DNA of 64,000 nucleotides from NCBI GenBank assembly GCA_964016885.1, contig OZ024744.1, positions 77,562,001 through 77,626,000 on the forward strand, in the 5' to 3' direction. The translations under genes and the position numbers were made by a program. The notes beneath the pieces were generated by a model. The model saw nothing but the letters and a program-made list of their open reading frames with translations. It made no database searches and was not told where the DNA came from. Below are positions 1 through 14,062 of the stretch, one piece after another; position 1 is the first letter of the stretch, and each line of letters starts with the position of its first letter. The stretch comes from Eledone cirrhosa. Taxonomy: Eukaryota.

Positions 1-1290
1 CTAACATAAGAAAGTATTTCATTAGGCTTATGGAAGGGTTTAAAACTATTAATGACCAAGTCCAAAGTCACATCTAAAAAGTTAACCGCTCTATCATTTC
101 TATCTATCGTGATCGAAAGGTTATAGCTTTTAAAAAACTTATAAAGCTTCTTCTTATTATGTTCTACATTGTTGGTGCTAGAGTTAATTACAAACAATGC
201 ATCATCACGATATAGTCCGCCTATAAGGTGCGGGAAGGTAGCATATAGTTCATTAAGGAGGAACAACCCAACAAGATCAGTAACCTGGGCCGAATCACTC
301 GAACCCATTGTAACGTCGAAATTATTGGGCGTGTTTTTACGGGCTCAAAATGTGTCCTCAAATTTAATAATAGTTTTACGGGCTGATAGTATAATATCTA
401 CCTGTGATCGTGTAAGGCTGGACACTCTCATGGCCAACATTAAAGCTTTATTGAGGAGGATGGGTGAAATTGATGTGTAGTAGGCATCAATATCGAATTG
501 GATAAACTTATTAGATTCAAGTCTATTAATCCCGGAGAACCAATCTATAACTTCCTTAGTGTTCCCCCATAGGTTAAAATTAACCTTATCCCTAACATCT
601 GGTATAATAAGGTCAAAGATTTTTTTACTGATAATGGCTATATCAGACTTAGAAGGACAGATGAGTCTAACAGAGGGGTTACTAATAAAATCAACCTTAT
701 GATCCTTAAGAGTGAATCTCGGTTCTCGAGGGTAATATGGCTGGGTATACTTATCGAGGCCGAGGTCAGAGACAATTCTAAGGCCCTCACTATTGATGTG
801 GTTCAAATTCTCAAGCGTAGTTTTTTTTATAGTTTCTATGCAGCTCCTTATAAATAAAGTCGCGGTAAGCACTATAATCCATGGAGTATAGATTCTTAGT
901 CTTATCTGCCGGGACAAGAATGGACTTATTCTCACCGAAACCCTTAACAATATTTTTAAGTCTAGACTGGAACTTATCAAAATTATTATAATTTCTATGT
1001 CTATTATTTGGCCTATACTTAATATTTTTGACAAGAGAGAGTAAGTCACTTTCAAAACTATCTAACAGAATATTGTGTGGTGGGCTCTTATAAGTTTTGA
1101 AGCCGTAGTTATTAAAATTAGTTCTATTCCTGGGGTCCTTCCTATTCTTATTATTATCATAGTGGAAAGCACGCCATCTAATCCTTTTTACAAAGGAGTT
1201 AACACTAGCTATCAATAGTTTTTCGTAAGTATTCTTAGAGGGGGTGGGAATATTCTTCAGAGATAAAGGCAGGTAACTCTTTGTTAGCAT
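1..1290 (-). pseudogene. Penelope-like element (Naiad-type) reverse transcriptase, disrupted; runs off the window
   Basis: Pieces read KNIP..KRIRWRAFHY, PADKTKNLY, TLKDHK..RLICPSKSDI, QFDIDAYYTSI, FDVTMGSSDSAQVTDLVG, GLYRDD, VNFLDVTLDL. Frameshift near 830 and TGA at 345-347 where the paralog at 5001 has Trp. Confidence 0.9.
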
Positions 1291-1364
1291 ACTGTCAGAT
1301 ATATATATATATATAAAGGCCAAAATACCAGTATCTGCCGATATTACTTCTTGTTGTTTTAATT

Positions 1365-1402
1365 GCCCTGATGAGTCCTTAATAGGACGAAACATTGTCG
1401 GC
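1365..1402 (+). ncRNA. Minimal type I hammerhead ribozyme in inverted 5' pLTR of the PLE
   Basis: GCC CTGATGA GTCC-TTAATA-GGAC GAAAC ATT GTC GGC: full core, helix II, GUC triplet, helix I GCC/GGC; followed by AATAAA. Confidence 0.85.
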
Positions 1403-1542
1403 TAATAAAGACTTTTGATGTATTGAAGGCTTCTTTGTTTTACTCTCTTAATTTTTCGGCTCTGTTTAACTACATTGAGCTATACCTTTTAGCTATACGA
1501 AGAGGGTGTTTAACTCCAACACGCTCCAGTATTTTAACCCTT

Positions 1543-2765
<1,223 letters not shown>

Positions 2766-2768
<3 letters not shown>

Positions 2769-4580
2769 GCCTGGCGGACCGATTCACTGAGCACCTCCAG
2801 GATATTCGTCTCGGTGGTAGTTCCCCCATCGCCCGCCACTTTGGTGGCCCTGGACATTCCGCATACCACCTCACAGTCTGTGGCCTACTCCAATGCCACG
2901 GAACACCCGCCAATCGCCTTAGAGTCGAACAAAGAACTATCTTCATCTTACAGACCCACACTCCCCCCGGCCTGAACTCCCCACCCTTATTCCTTTAACC
3001 TTCGACCGCCCTCCTCCCCCCACACTTATCCCCCACTAACACCACTAACACACCCCTCCTTTTCACCGCCCACCCCACAACTAACAATACTAACACCTCC
3101 ACTACACCTCCCCATCCGACCACCCTTCCCCAACTAATATACTAACATCCCTCCCTTCTTCTCCTCCTCCCCCCTCCTTATCACACGCACACACCCACCG
3201 GCACATATATACACGCGCTCACACTAAACACACACCCTACTACCACCACTAACCCTCACCCCCACACCTCCATCCCACCACCCCGCAACTAACCTCACTA
3301 ACACCCCCTGACCCCAAGCACACGAACACACGCACCCACTTACACCACCCACCCCACACGCAACTAACATCACTAACACCCCCCCAATCCCACGCACACG
3401 TACCCACACACCCTCGTACACCACCAACTCTACACACCCTACCACCACTAACTCCCACTCACACCTGCATTCAACCCTTCCCCACCTCCCGTATACTAAC
3501 ACCCACTAACACCCCTTCATCAAACTACACACACACCAGTACACCACACTCCCTCCATAGAACTACACACCCTTCTCTCCCCGCTCCACCCACACCCTCG
3601 CTCGACACTCACTCATCCCACTAACACCTCTACTAATACACACACACCCTCTTCACTCCAACTTTCACCCCTACCCATCCTCGCATCTTTACCATTCCAC
3701 CGACTGCTGCTATGCCCTCTGACCACCTCCCAGCACAAACAGACACACAGCACTCCCACTGCTTGACCACTTCCTGTTGCGCGCGCACCCCACATGTCTC
3801 CTCTTCCGACCATCTCTTCATTGAATACTCGTATGTGGAACTTGACCACCACAGAACCCACTAAACATCATAGGATTTTACCAACTTTTCAACCATCCTC
3901 TTACGGAATCACCTATATAACTCACCCACACACACACCCCCAAAAATCTTTTTTCTCCACATGGCACCTACACCCACAACACGCTTAAACCCCACACACA
4001 CGTGCTTTCCACCACATATTTACACCCTCAGCCTCCTGATTCCTCTCCCCCCCACCTCTCTATCCACACACGCACAGACACTCCGACCTACACACACCTC
4101 TTCCTGAACATGCAACCCCTTTCTTCCCCCAACCCTTACTTTCACATACACAGACACACACACACACACACGTACACCTACACACACACACCACCTTCAG
4201 CCCTCCCCGCTCGGACACCCGTCTCCCTTTCCCCACTCCACCCGCCACCACCCCTACACACCCCACACCCTTCCACCACCTGTTTTACCCCCCTTTTAAT
4301 TTCAGTTTATTTTGATCATGCTTTTATATTTAATTTTATTTCATTCCTTGTATTTTGATCATGCTTTATTTTTATTTTTATTTTTAATTTCATTCACACC
4401 GTTTCCTTTTGCTATATGTCTCTCCACCACTACACACCCTACACACCCTTTGAACTCTGTTCCCACACACTTCTCACCTGAGGAAGGGCTTATGCCCGAA
4501 ACGTCGTTCCCCACCACCACCACCCCACTCTCCAGAGCGTGAAATTAATAAACATTCGTTGTACTGCCTCTCTGTTTTGT
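2766..4580 (+). mobile_element. 5'-truncated Penelope-like element: GIY-YIG C-terminus, C-rich 3' region and pLTR
   Basis: 2766-2998 reads [44 protein letters not shown] (typical PLE endonuclease end); hammerhead motif near 4478; AATAAA near 4547; flanked by (TA)n on both sides. Confidence 0.8.
4476..4508 (+). ncRNA. Minimal hammerhead-like motif (PLE pLTR)
   Basis: AC CTGAGGA AGGGC-TTAT-GCCC GAAAC GTC GT; palindromic ACGT helix III, very short helix I. Confidence 0.7.
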
Positions 4581-4598
4581 TCCTGTTCAAATTTTTCC

Positions 4599-4753
<155 letters not shown>

Positions 4754-4849
4754 ATAATAATATTTCAGAAGATCCCGTTAAGGGTGAAAGCAGCGATTCT
4801 TTGCTTAAACTTTAATCTGTTATTTTAATAAATATATATATATATATAT

Positions 4850-6765
4850 TATAAAACAATTAATAGAAAAATCAGACTCATTTATAAGAAGAATCAGGTG
4901 GCGTGCTTTCCACTTCAATAAATCTGATGTAAAAGAGAATGTCTCCAATCTTGATAGAATCTTCAAATCTAAAAAAAAACTACCTTCCAACAAACTACTA
5001 ATGGATTTTGAAAATGAAATCATATCTGTCATCCAAAGCATTAAATTAAAAAAAAAAAACTTCATAGGACAGGATTACCTAAGAAATCTCAAAAATAATA
5101 TTGAAAACTTGGAGAAAACGGAAAAAATTCTAGTCAAGTCAGATAAAACCAATAATCTTTACGGAATACAAAAGGACATTTATAACGATCTTATATTAAA
5201 AGAATTAAGGAAGAAATACAAAATAACAACTAATGACGACCTTGAAAAATTGAATACCTATGCCTCTTACATAATGCAGGAATTAGGCATTGAAAATAGG
5301 ACACAACCCTTCATGCCAAGAAAACCTAAAATTAATATGAAGGACCAAAAAAGGAACTTTGAAATTGACTTACCAGTTATATTAATTGCACCATCTAAAT
5401 CGGACCTTGGCGTACTTAGCAAGAACATTTTAGACAGAATAATACCACAAATTAAGGAATTATCTTATTTAAAATTATGGAAAGGAACTAATGAAGTTAT
5501 CGAATGGTTTAAAGAAATTAAATATAACTATAATAATAAGTTTATTCAATTGAATATTGCTAATTATTACTCATCCATCACTCCTAATCTACTTAATAAA
5601 GCACTGACATATGCATTTAAACATACAGACTTAACTAGTAACGAAATGCACACTATCCTAACGGCACGGAAAACATTAATTAAATTTAACAACCACCTCT
5701 GGACTAGAGCAGATAGAGATAATAATTTCGATATCACTATGGGGTCATCGGATTCCGTCTAGGTAACGGATCTTGTGGGGCTTTTTATAAATAATACTCT
5801 ACATAGAAAAATACCGGAGATGACCGGAGGTTTGTATCGCGACGATATGCTATTACTTATCGAAAATAATAACTGTGAATTAAATAGGAAAAGAAAAAAA
5901 ATTATACAATTTTTTAATTACCTTAATCTTAAAGTAGAAATAGAGAATAATCATAAAATAGTTAACTTTCTAGATGTAACCTTAAACCTTAACACATGTC
6001 TTCATTATCCATTTCACAAATTAAACGAGAACTTAAACTACGTTAATTTTAACTCCAATCACCCCAGATCCGTTAAAAATACTATATTAAATTCTGTACA
6101 GCAACGCATTTCTAGAATTTCAGCTAATAAGAATATATTTGATGATAAAACACAGTATTACAACGAAGCGTTAGGTAGAGCTGGATATAGAAATAAAATT
6201 AAATACATTGATAATAATAATATAACAACTAACCATAATTTTAACAATTTTAACAACTATAATAGAAAACCTTACAATAATTCGAAAAACAAAAAAAGAA
6301 ATAGAACTAGGAATACATTATGGTTCGCTCCTCCTTTCTCATTAAATATTAAAACTCCTATTGCTAAACTATTCTTTAAAGCTCTTGACAAATGCTTCCC
6401 TAGAACACATAGATATTACTCAATATTTAATAGACATACTATAAAATTAACTTATTCAACCACCAGTAATTTAGCGCAGAATATTAATAGAATTAATAAT
6501 AGAAACTTAAAACCTAACCAGAATACCATTAACAACCCCAGCAATATCCAATTTAATAATACAGCTCCTAGTAACTTGAATTTTGATAAATGTAACTGTA
6601 GAAATAAATCTAACTGTCCGTTAAATAACAACTATTTAGCTAAAAATATAGTATATAATTGTAATGTAAAAACTAATTTAAATTCATTTAATTATGTAGG
6701 ATCTACTTCCACAGACTTTAAATCTCGTTTTAATAACCATAAAGGCTCTTTTACGAATATAAAAT
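4850..6765 (+). pseudogene. Penelope-like element (Naiad-type) RT + GIY-YIG endonuclease, disrupted and 3'-truncated
   Basis: RRIRWRAFHF, KSDKTNNLY, FDITMGSSDSV*VTDLVG (TAG where paralog has Gln), GLYRDD, NFLDVTL, SNHP, WFAPPFS, CNCRNKSNCPL..NIVY..YVGST..FKSRFNNH. Confidence 0.92.
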
Positions 6766-6898
6766 TTTGTATGGCCTTTGTAACTTATGTTTATAGCTCT
6801 GGTATCTTCGTATCCATTGAGCGCTTGCCAACACAAATCGGAAGTTGCGTTTCGTTAATTTCTACTCGCCGAAATGCGATTCTCGCTAAATTTATATA

Positions 6899-6988
<90 letters not shown>

Positions 6989-7018
6989 TATATATATATA
7001 TATGAATAATATTATATA

Positions 7019-7127
7019 AATAATATTAATAAATGGAAGCTGTCTTTATGAGACCATATTTATTTTATTATAATATAATAAAATAAATATGGTTTTATAG
7101 AGATAGTTTCCATTTATTAATATTATT
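7019..7127. repeat. Short fold-back palindrome related to the 7251-7576 and 58298-58550 elements
   Basis: About 54-bp arms centred at 7073 with 5 mismatches. Confidence 0.9.
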
Positions 7128-7250
7128 GATATTATACTCCAAAAGAAATATTGTAGAGTGCTTCGAATCTGTTCTAAACTAAATTTGTTGAATAACCAAA
7201 AAATTAAATAACTCAATGCTTATATCTTTATATATATATATATATATATA

Positions 7251-7568
7251 TATGCAATGATGTTGGATAGATGGAAGCTGTATTTATAAAGCCATATTTG
7301 TTCTATTGTATATGTTTCAAGGGTGTCAAGGGCTTTGGTGCGCTTTCATCGGATAAAATGCAAAGTGTGTTTTATAAATTTTGATATGGCCAAGGAACAT
7401 ACCTTAACGGTTGAAGTTTTCCTTGGAGGTATGTTCCGTTAAGGTATGTTCCTTGGCTATGTCAAAATTTATAAAACACACTTTGTATTTTATCTGATGA
7501 AAGCGTACCAAAGTTTTTGGTACGCTTGAAATATGGTTTTATAAATATAGTTTCCATTTATTTAATAT

Positions 7569-7576
<8 letters not shown>
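7251..7576. mobile_element. Fold-back element made of two inverted hammerhead-bearing pLTR-like arms, in (TA)n
   Basis: Arms 7251-7410 and 7436-7576. Right arm has CTGATGA-AAGCGTACCAA..TTGGTACGCTT-GAAAT (7494-7532) but lacks helix III/I through a deletion; the left-arm antisense core is CCGATGA. Confidence 0.8.
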
Positions 7577-7624
<48 letters not shown>

Positions 7625-7749
7625 CGTTTCTGAATTTGTTTAGCAAGACGAAAGGACTATGACTATATATAAACAACTATCTGGTTGTGGAACCAACCAA
7701 CCAACCAGAAATTTATAAGTTTGTAAATTTGTAAATTTGTAAATTTATA

Positions 7750-7830
7750 AATTTATAAATATATAATAAATTGAAGTGAAAGCGACTGGTGCGTGTGTTT
7801 CTTATTGGCAACATGACCCTCCCAAAGTAT

Positions 7831-7888
<58 letters not shown>

Positions 7889-8032
7889 GAATGCAAGTTC
7901 AGCATAATCGAAGCTCTGGCTGCAGCTGTACGTCTGTACACATATATGTATGTACGTATACATACTTATAGTTAAGTAACAGCCGTACTAAGAGTGAGAA
8001 ATGAAATTTCGTTTCATTTTTTCAATTTATAT
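7750..8032. repeat. Unclassified interspersed repeat fragments
   Basis: 7750-7836 recurs inverted at about 47485-47560; 7926-8032 recurs inverted at about 44217-44310 and 44658-44753. Confidence 0.75.
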
Positions 8033-8101
8033 AAATATATATATGCCAAACACCGTTCGTAACTGCACTCCTTGCTATTGTTTTTGTTTTTTACTTTTCC
8101 A

Positions 8102-8167
<66 letters not shown>

Positions 8168-8564
8168 CACACACAAACATACCAGAAAATAGTGTCATAA
8201 TAACAGGGCATTTAAGTCATGTTCTTCTTGGATTATTTTCTGAAGCAAAAAATACGACGAACGTTACTAATTCAATTCAATTTTAAAATTCCACCACCAA
8301 CTCCGACACACACACACACACACATATATATATTCATATATTGCTTCTTTCGAAAACTAACGAATTGCACACCTATGGACGCTGACCGTTGACCTTTGCA
8401 GTTCTTACGCTCAGCGTCTAATGATTCAGCGTAGAATTTTTCCGAAATAAGTCATAATCCGTCATGTTGCATCCCGTTATTTCATTGGTTGGTTTGATAC
8501 TAGGACAAGGTTGTGATTAATTATTTATTCGTTTAACCACCACTGTCGGATATATATATATACA

Positions 8565-11500
8565 CTAGCAGTTTAGCCCGGCGTTGCTCGGGTTTGTTTA
8601 TTTTCTATGAAAAGTTACATACAGGTAAACGTGGCTTGAAAGCGAATAAGCTTATGAATTAAGTGCATAAAGCATTTGAACCGGTTATTAAAAGTTATGA
8701 ACCAATTAGCATTTTGGACAATCAAAAATGGGTTAATAATTTTCCAATAGCGAATTTAGCAGACCAGAGTTGCAAGATGGTGGCCCTGATGCCACTGGAT
8801 GTCAGATCTGTTCACCATGGGTGACCCTACCAGGAAATAGTTTTCCAGACGGCATAGCTCCAACACCTCCAACACCTGCACCAACATCTATAGCACCTCT
8901 GTGTAGACGCTATAGCGTGTCATCCCTTGAGGAGTGTAAGCAAAAAGTCTATTCCTGCTCCATACGCGGGAACAGGCAACATAAAGTTGGCCATGGGAGA
9001 AGCATGGCTCCCCCAAATGGATGCCCGCCACCAACCATGTTTGCCCTTGTGACTTGTTGATGGACATGGCAAAACATGGTCTTACCGGGAATTGGGATCG
9101 CCGGAAATCGAACTGGATATCTGACGCCGAGGGGAAAAGGTTCATCCTTGGAATGAAAACACTCTCCCCTCTCCCGCACCCCATTACAATGGTGGCCTCA
9201 ATCAAGTGTGGCGTCAGTGACATGACGACCATGCGAGTACTGTTGCACTGCTTTGGTGGACGCAAGTTCCTTATTAGCATAATGGGACAGCCAACCCTAA
9301 GCTTAAGAATGTGAGGTGGGAGCCCTGGGGGATCAAGGGAATTTAACTCAACCGGATAATTAACGATATCGTCAGGGTCTGACCTCCGGTCGATAGATTT
9401 GAAGATGTGCTCTTTACCGGGAATCTTCTCAATCAGCTGCTCGTTAATAAAATTAACCATGGTATTTTTCGGAGCAAGGATGGCTAATTCGCGGAGCCAA
9501 TCGAGGTTTTTAAAATTAGATGAGACATTAGGAAAAACTGATTCCCAAAGGTCAGAAGGGTTGCTCACAATGTTGCAAAGGGAGTCGATTGCTATGCCGC
9601 CCTTGTCATCCGCAGGGACCTTGTCCTCACCAAGTGCTAACATATTCTGAGCAAATGCTGCAGACATGTTGTCACCATGCAAATGAGCACGCATATTTGT
9701 GCACAGGTACAAACTCTTCACCTGGAGCCACAACATGGACGACTTAAGGCAGGCACGCACTTCATCAGCTCTTGTCCCTTTGGGGATGACAGGCACCGTT
9801 TGCTGAAAATCCCCTGATGGCAGAAGGGTTACGCCACCCATAGGAGCTGTAGAATCCCTAATGTCTTTCAGGGACTCGTCCAATGCCTCAAGGGCACCCC
9901 TGTGTGCCTTTGTGTACTCATCCCGAACAATGAGGCAACATATTTTGAGAACCAGAGCTTCGTGTGAACTCTTGCTGATATTGCATGTTGGTGTCTCAGT
10001 TTTTACTAAATCCAAGGGGAGTTTAAAGATTGAATGTGCTGTCCTGCCTCCCGGCAGCAAAGTAGCAGCGATCCCGGACGATGCAACGGCCAACGCAATT
10101 TTTTTCTCCTGACTAATCTTAGCGAGAATCAATTTCGTTACAAAAGTTTTTCCGGTACCCCAGGAGCATCGAGAAAGTAAATACCCCCAGTCTGATTTTG
10201 AACCACGTCAATGATAGTTAAATAGGCCAACATTTGGTCCGACAGAAGTTTGGGCTCATTTTCCTCTAAGTATTGGGAAAGGGATTCCATGTCATATGCT
10301 GTTTCCCGCAACAAATCCGGGGCCAACGTGTTAGCTTCTTCTCTGACGGTTGACGGCAAGCCATACGTCGCCTATTCACTCCCACCTATGTCGAGTAGGG
10401 CGTCCTCGATATCAATGAGTGCCCTGTTGTAGATAATGTCGCTGTAACCACTGAAGGATACTGCAGATGAGCCAGGCGCAGGAAGTCTTCAGACATGAAG
10501 TCTCTGTACTTGACACATAAAGATTTGGGATCACCCAATTCACACTTTTGAAGCAAAATGGCAAAGAGTTCCCGTAGACTTTTAGGTGATTTCAACAAAG
10601 CACCCTCTGCTAAAGTGGAATCCCATTGCGAATCTTCTTCCAAAAGACCACGCTTAAAGCAGGCTTCCCGGTACGTATCACATATTTCTCCATCAACAGT
10701 TTTGAGGTTCTGAAAACTTTGTGGGCCTACAACTTCATGCAGAAGAAGGCGGAGATGAAAGCACTCATGCTGGCTTGGAGGCACAGTGTAAACCCTTCCA
10801 AGACACTGTCAAATTTAACACCAGGATGTCTTTCAACAGCCCTCCCTGACTTTCTTCGCACCCAAGTGTTTTTCGACCATATAAAGTAGGATGGAACCTG
10901 GGGGTACACAATTGTTTGCGCAAATGTATCGAACTGGCAAAGTTTGAAGAAACCCGTCAGAGTGGTCTCTTTCGGATCGGCGACCAACTTGGCGGCGGTT
11001 TGGTCCGTAAAGTAAACCCTTTGCCCATTTTCCAAATGTACCGCAAGCTGTACGATGGTGGGGTGCCGTTGGTGTAGGGGTAAACTAAATAGGCGCCAAA
11101 AAGCTTCATTGCTACTGATGTACCGCCCCGCCAGGTATTCTGTGACCTCGTCCCTGCTATTTTCAGTTTGAAATGCGAATATTGCGGCATCAGAGCCCTT
11201 ATTTACATATTTGCATATGTATTTTATCGAATTGACGGAGTTGCAAAACTCAACGTTGATGTGGGCGTTGAACATCTTCAAGAGAAGCGGGCAGTAAGGG
11301 ATCACCCATCTATTGTCGACTTGACCTCCCTTTGCTGTTGTGGTGAAGCCACCGTTCTCGGGCCGTCTCCGCCTGTACAGGGGGTACCCGTCGCCACCAG
11401 TCTGAGTCTCGTCAACAATTTTTGGGGGGTATCCCTTACTGCACGACCCCCTTTCAGACACGTGTGATGCTCATTAGGACGCGACGCACACGGACCATGT

Positions 11501-12264
11501 TAGCTTTGACGATGTCATGTAATTCCTGGTCAGTTGCTGGGTTAGGGATTTCAGCCGAAATGAAGCTGTCTATGGCATTTGAATTGATTTTATCAGCTAA
11601 CCAAATCAAAATGTGAGCATGTGGCAGCCCTCGTTTTTGCCATTCGACGGTGAACATGTCACATTTTACAGGCCCAAATACCTGACCTTTTTGATTAAAG
11701 CCATGAGTTTAGCCAGTTTCAGTCTGAACACTCTGGCAATGAGCTCATGTCTGTTCGAATAATTTTGCCCACGAAAAAGTTCACGGGTTACATTCCGATT
11801 CATATGTCTATAGCATTAATCTGTTATATGAAGTGTTATTTTGCGGGTTGTTATTTGCAATAAGCCGATTGAAAATGCCCCAGATAAGCCGTATGTCAAT
11901 ACGGAACGCTCCACTGCAGTGTTGTCATATAGAGAGTGAAGAGCGACAGAGAGAGTAAAGCAGTTAAATTATAGAGAGGGGGAATATACGGAACGCTCCA
12001 TTTGATCATACACATTGTTTCTCTCTCTGCAGTGTTGTCATATAGAGAGTGAAGAGCGACAGAGAGAGTAAAGCAGTTAAATTATAAAGAGGGGGAATGA
12101 TCATGATCGATTTTTGGCCTTATTGTTGATGATGTTTTTGCTTCATGACCTTTTCCTGACTAAAAGCAATAATTGTTCCGACTTTGAATAGAATCCGTTG
12201 GAAATTGTGGACGTGAATCCGTTACAAACCTTAACACACACATCCTCAGATTTATATATATAGA
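8565..12264 (-). mobile_element. Helitron, internally deleted, both termini present
   Basis: Minus strand starts A|TCTATATATATAAA (12264) and ends CCCGAGCAACGCCGGG hairpin + CTAAACTGCTAG|T (8565); contains Rep and helicase remnants. Confidence 0.93.
8888..11780 (-). pseudogene. Helitron Rep-helicase (HUH Rep + PIF1-like SF1B helicase), frameshifted, N-terminus missing
   Basis: EWQKRGLPHAHIL, GYPLYRRR, DNRWVIPY, KYICKYVNKG, FLDAPG.TGKT, ASSGIAATLL.GGRTAHS, GDFQQ, AMSINKSQGQT, HGQLYVACSRV over several frames. Confidence 0.95.
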
Positions 12265-12266
12265 TA

Positions 12267-12640
<374 letters not shown>

Positions 12641-12911
12641 AAATCGTTGAAACTGAAGGCGGTCTGAAATCCGATGAGCGTATTTTAATGTTTGTGATCC
12701 CTTCTCATTCATTCTTTTTTCTTCATTCCTATCAATTCTTGAGTCAACTTACACCGAGCCGCTTATCTCTCTCCTTCGAGGTAGTGTATTAACCAACGCC
12801 GTTTTAACGGTATTTTGCTGTTTTAACAGCTTCTTTACGCCGAGATTTTCCATTTTCCTACGAATTCTAATACACTTGTATTTCAAAACTCGATATTCGA
12901 GTTAATTTTCT

Positions 12912-12980
<69 letters not shown>

Positions 12981-13103
12981 TGTAACAAAGTGTGGTAAGG
13001 TGAACCATAACGCACCAGAGTACTCGATATTTAGGGCAGTAGAGTGGATAATACATACATCGATACATACACATAAATACATACATACGTACATAAACAC
13101 ACA

Positions 13104-13714
13104 CATGGTGGCTGCCAACTCGTTTTCGAGTATGGCCACTACTTTATATCCATGTAGGAGAACCCCTACCGATGCGCTGAACGAGTGTGACTTTTTAGTC
13201 CAGCCAGCGACTTGAAAACTCTGGTACAAACACTACACTTGTGACAATTATTGACACATAGTGCTGGGCCCATGGTACCATGTGACGACAAGTGCAGAGA
13301 GATCTCCAGATATAAAGCAATGCCTGTGCCGTGAAGCTTTTATAGTGAGCAAAGGCATTGCACAAAGCCAGTCCCACTCTCTTAACCAAGATGATATTTA
13401 CCAAAAAAAAGAACAAGTCAACATCATTGGATACCATCAGGGTTGCAGGTGTTATATCCGAATTTTCCTTCTCCTAGAATTCTGCCTTGACAAAGGCTAA
13501 GGGGTGATCTCTCCCGGTGATTTTGGATGGTCAGTGACTCTTAAGAGCTCCTTTGCCCTTTGACAGGTTTTGTTTTTAGTTTTGCAGGATGTTCAAAGTC
13601 ACCCTCCTCACCAAGAAACCTTGGTGGGGTTGCCAGTTTAGTCGCCAACGTCCCGACCATGAGACAGGTTGTACTGGGATACATGTTACCAGTAGCACCA
13701 ACTGGTGACCTGAC
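13104..13714 (-). mobile_element. Non-autonomous RTE-derived retroelement (about 610 bp)
   Basis: Multi-copy in window; carries a zinc-finger remnant (..VFKSLAGLKSH) and a 3' end TGGCCATACTCG-AAAA-CGAG..GCAGCCA.CATG like the RTE LINE 3' end. Confidence 0.8.
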
Positions 13715-13763
13715 ATGCATACATACATACATACATACATACATACATACATACATACATACA

Positions 13764-13797
<34 letters not shown>

Positions 13798-13825
13798 CAA
13801 ACATACATACATGCATACATACATA

Positions 13826-13935
13826 CATGATGGCTGCTCCCTCGTTATCGAGTATGGCCATTGCACGAGAAAAAAAAAAAAATAATAATAATAATAATAA
13901 AAAAAAATAAATAAATAAATAAAATAAAATAAAAA

Positions 13936-13990
<55 letters not shown>

Positions 13991-14024
13991 CATACACATA
14001 TACACACACACATACATTAATAAC

Positions 14025-14062
<38 letters not shown>

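Noticed and set aside
345-347. In-frame TGA in a Naiad-type RT as possible selenocysteine (some Naiads are selenoproteins)
   Set aside because: It aligns to Trp in the paralog (HLWTR), not Cys, and the copy is also frameshifted; TGG->TGA decay is simpler.
5760-5762. In-frame stop in the second Naiad RT as programmed read-through
   Set aside because: It is TAG at a Gln position (paralog DSAQVTD): ordinary CAG->TAG nonsense change.
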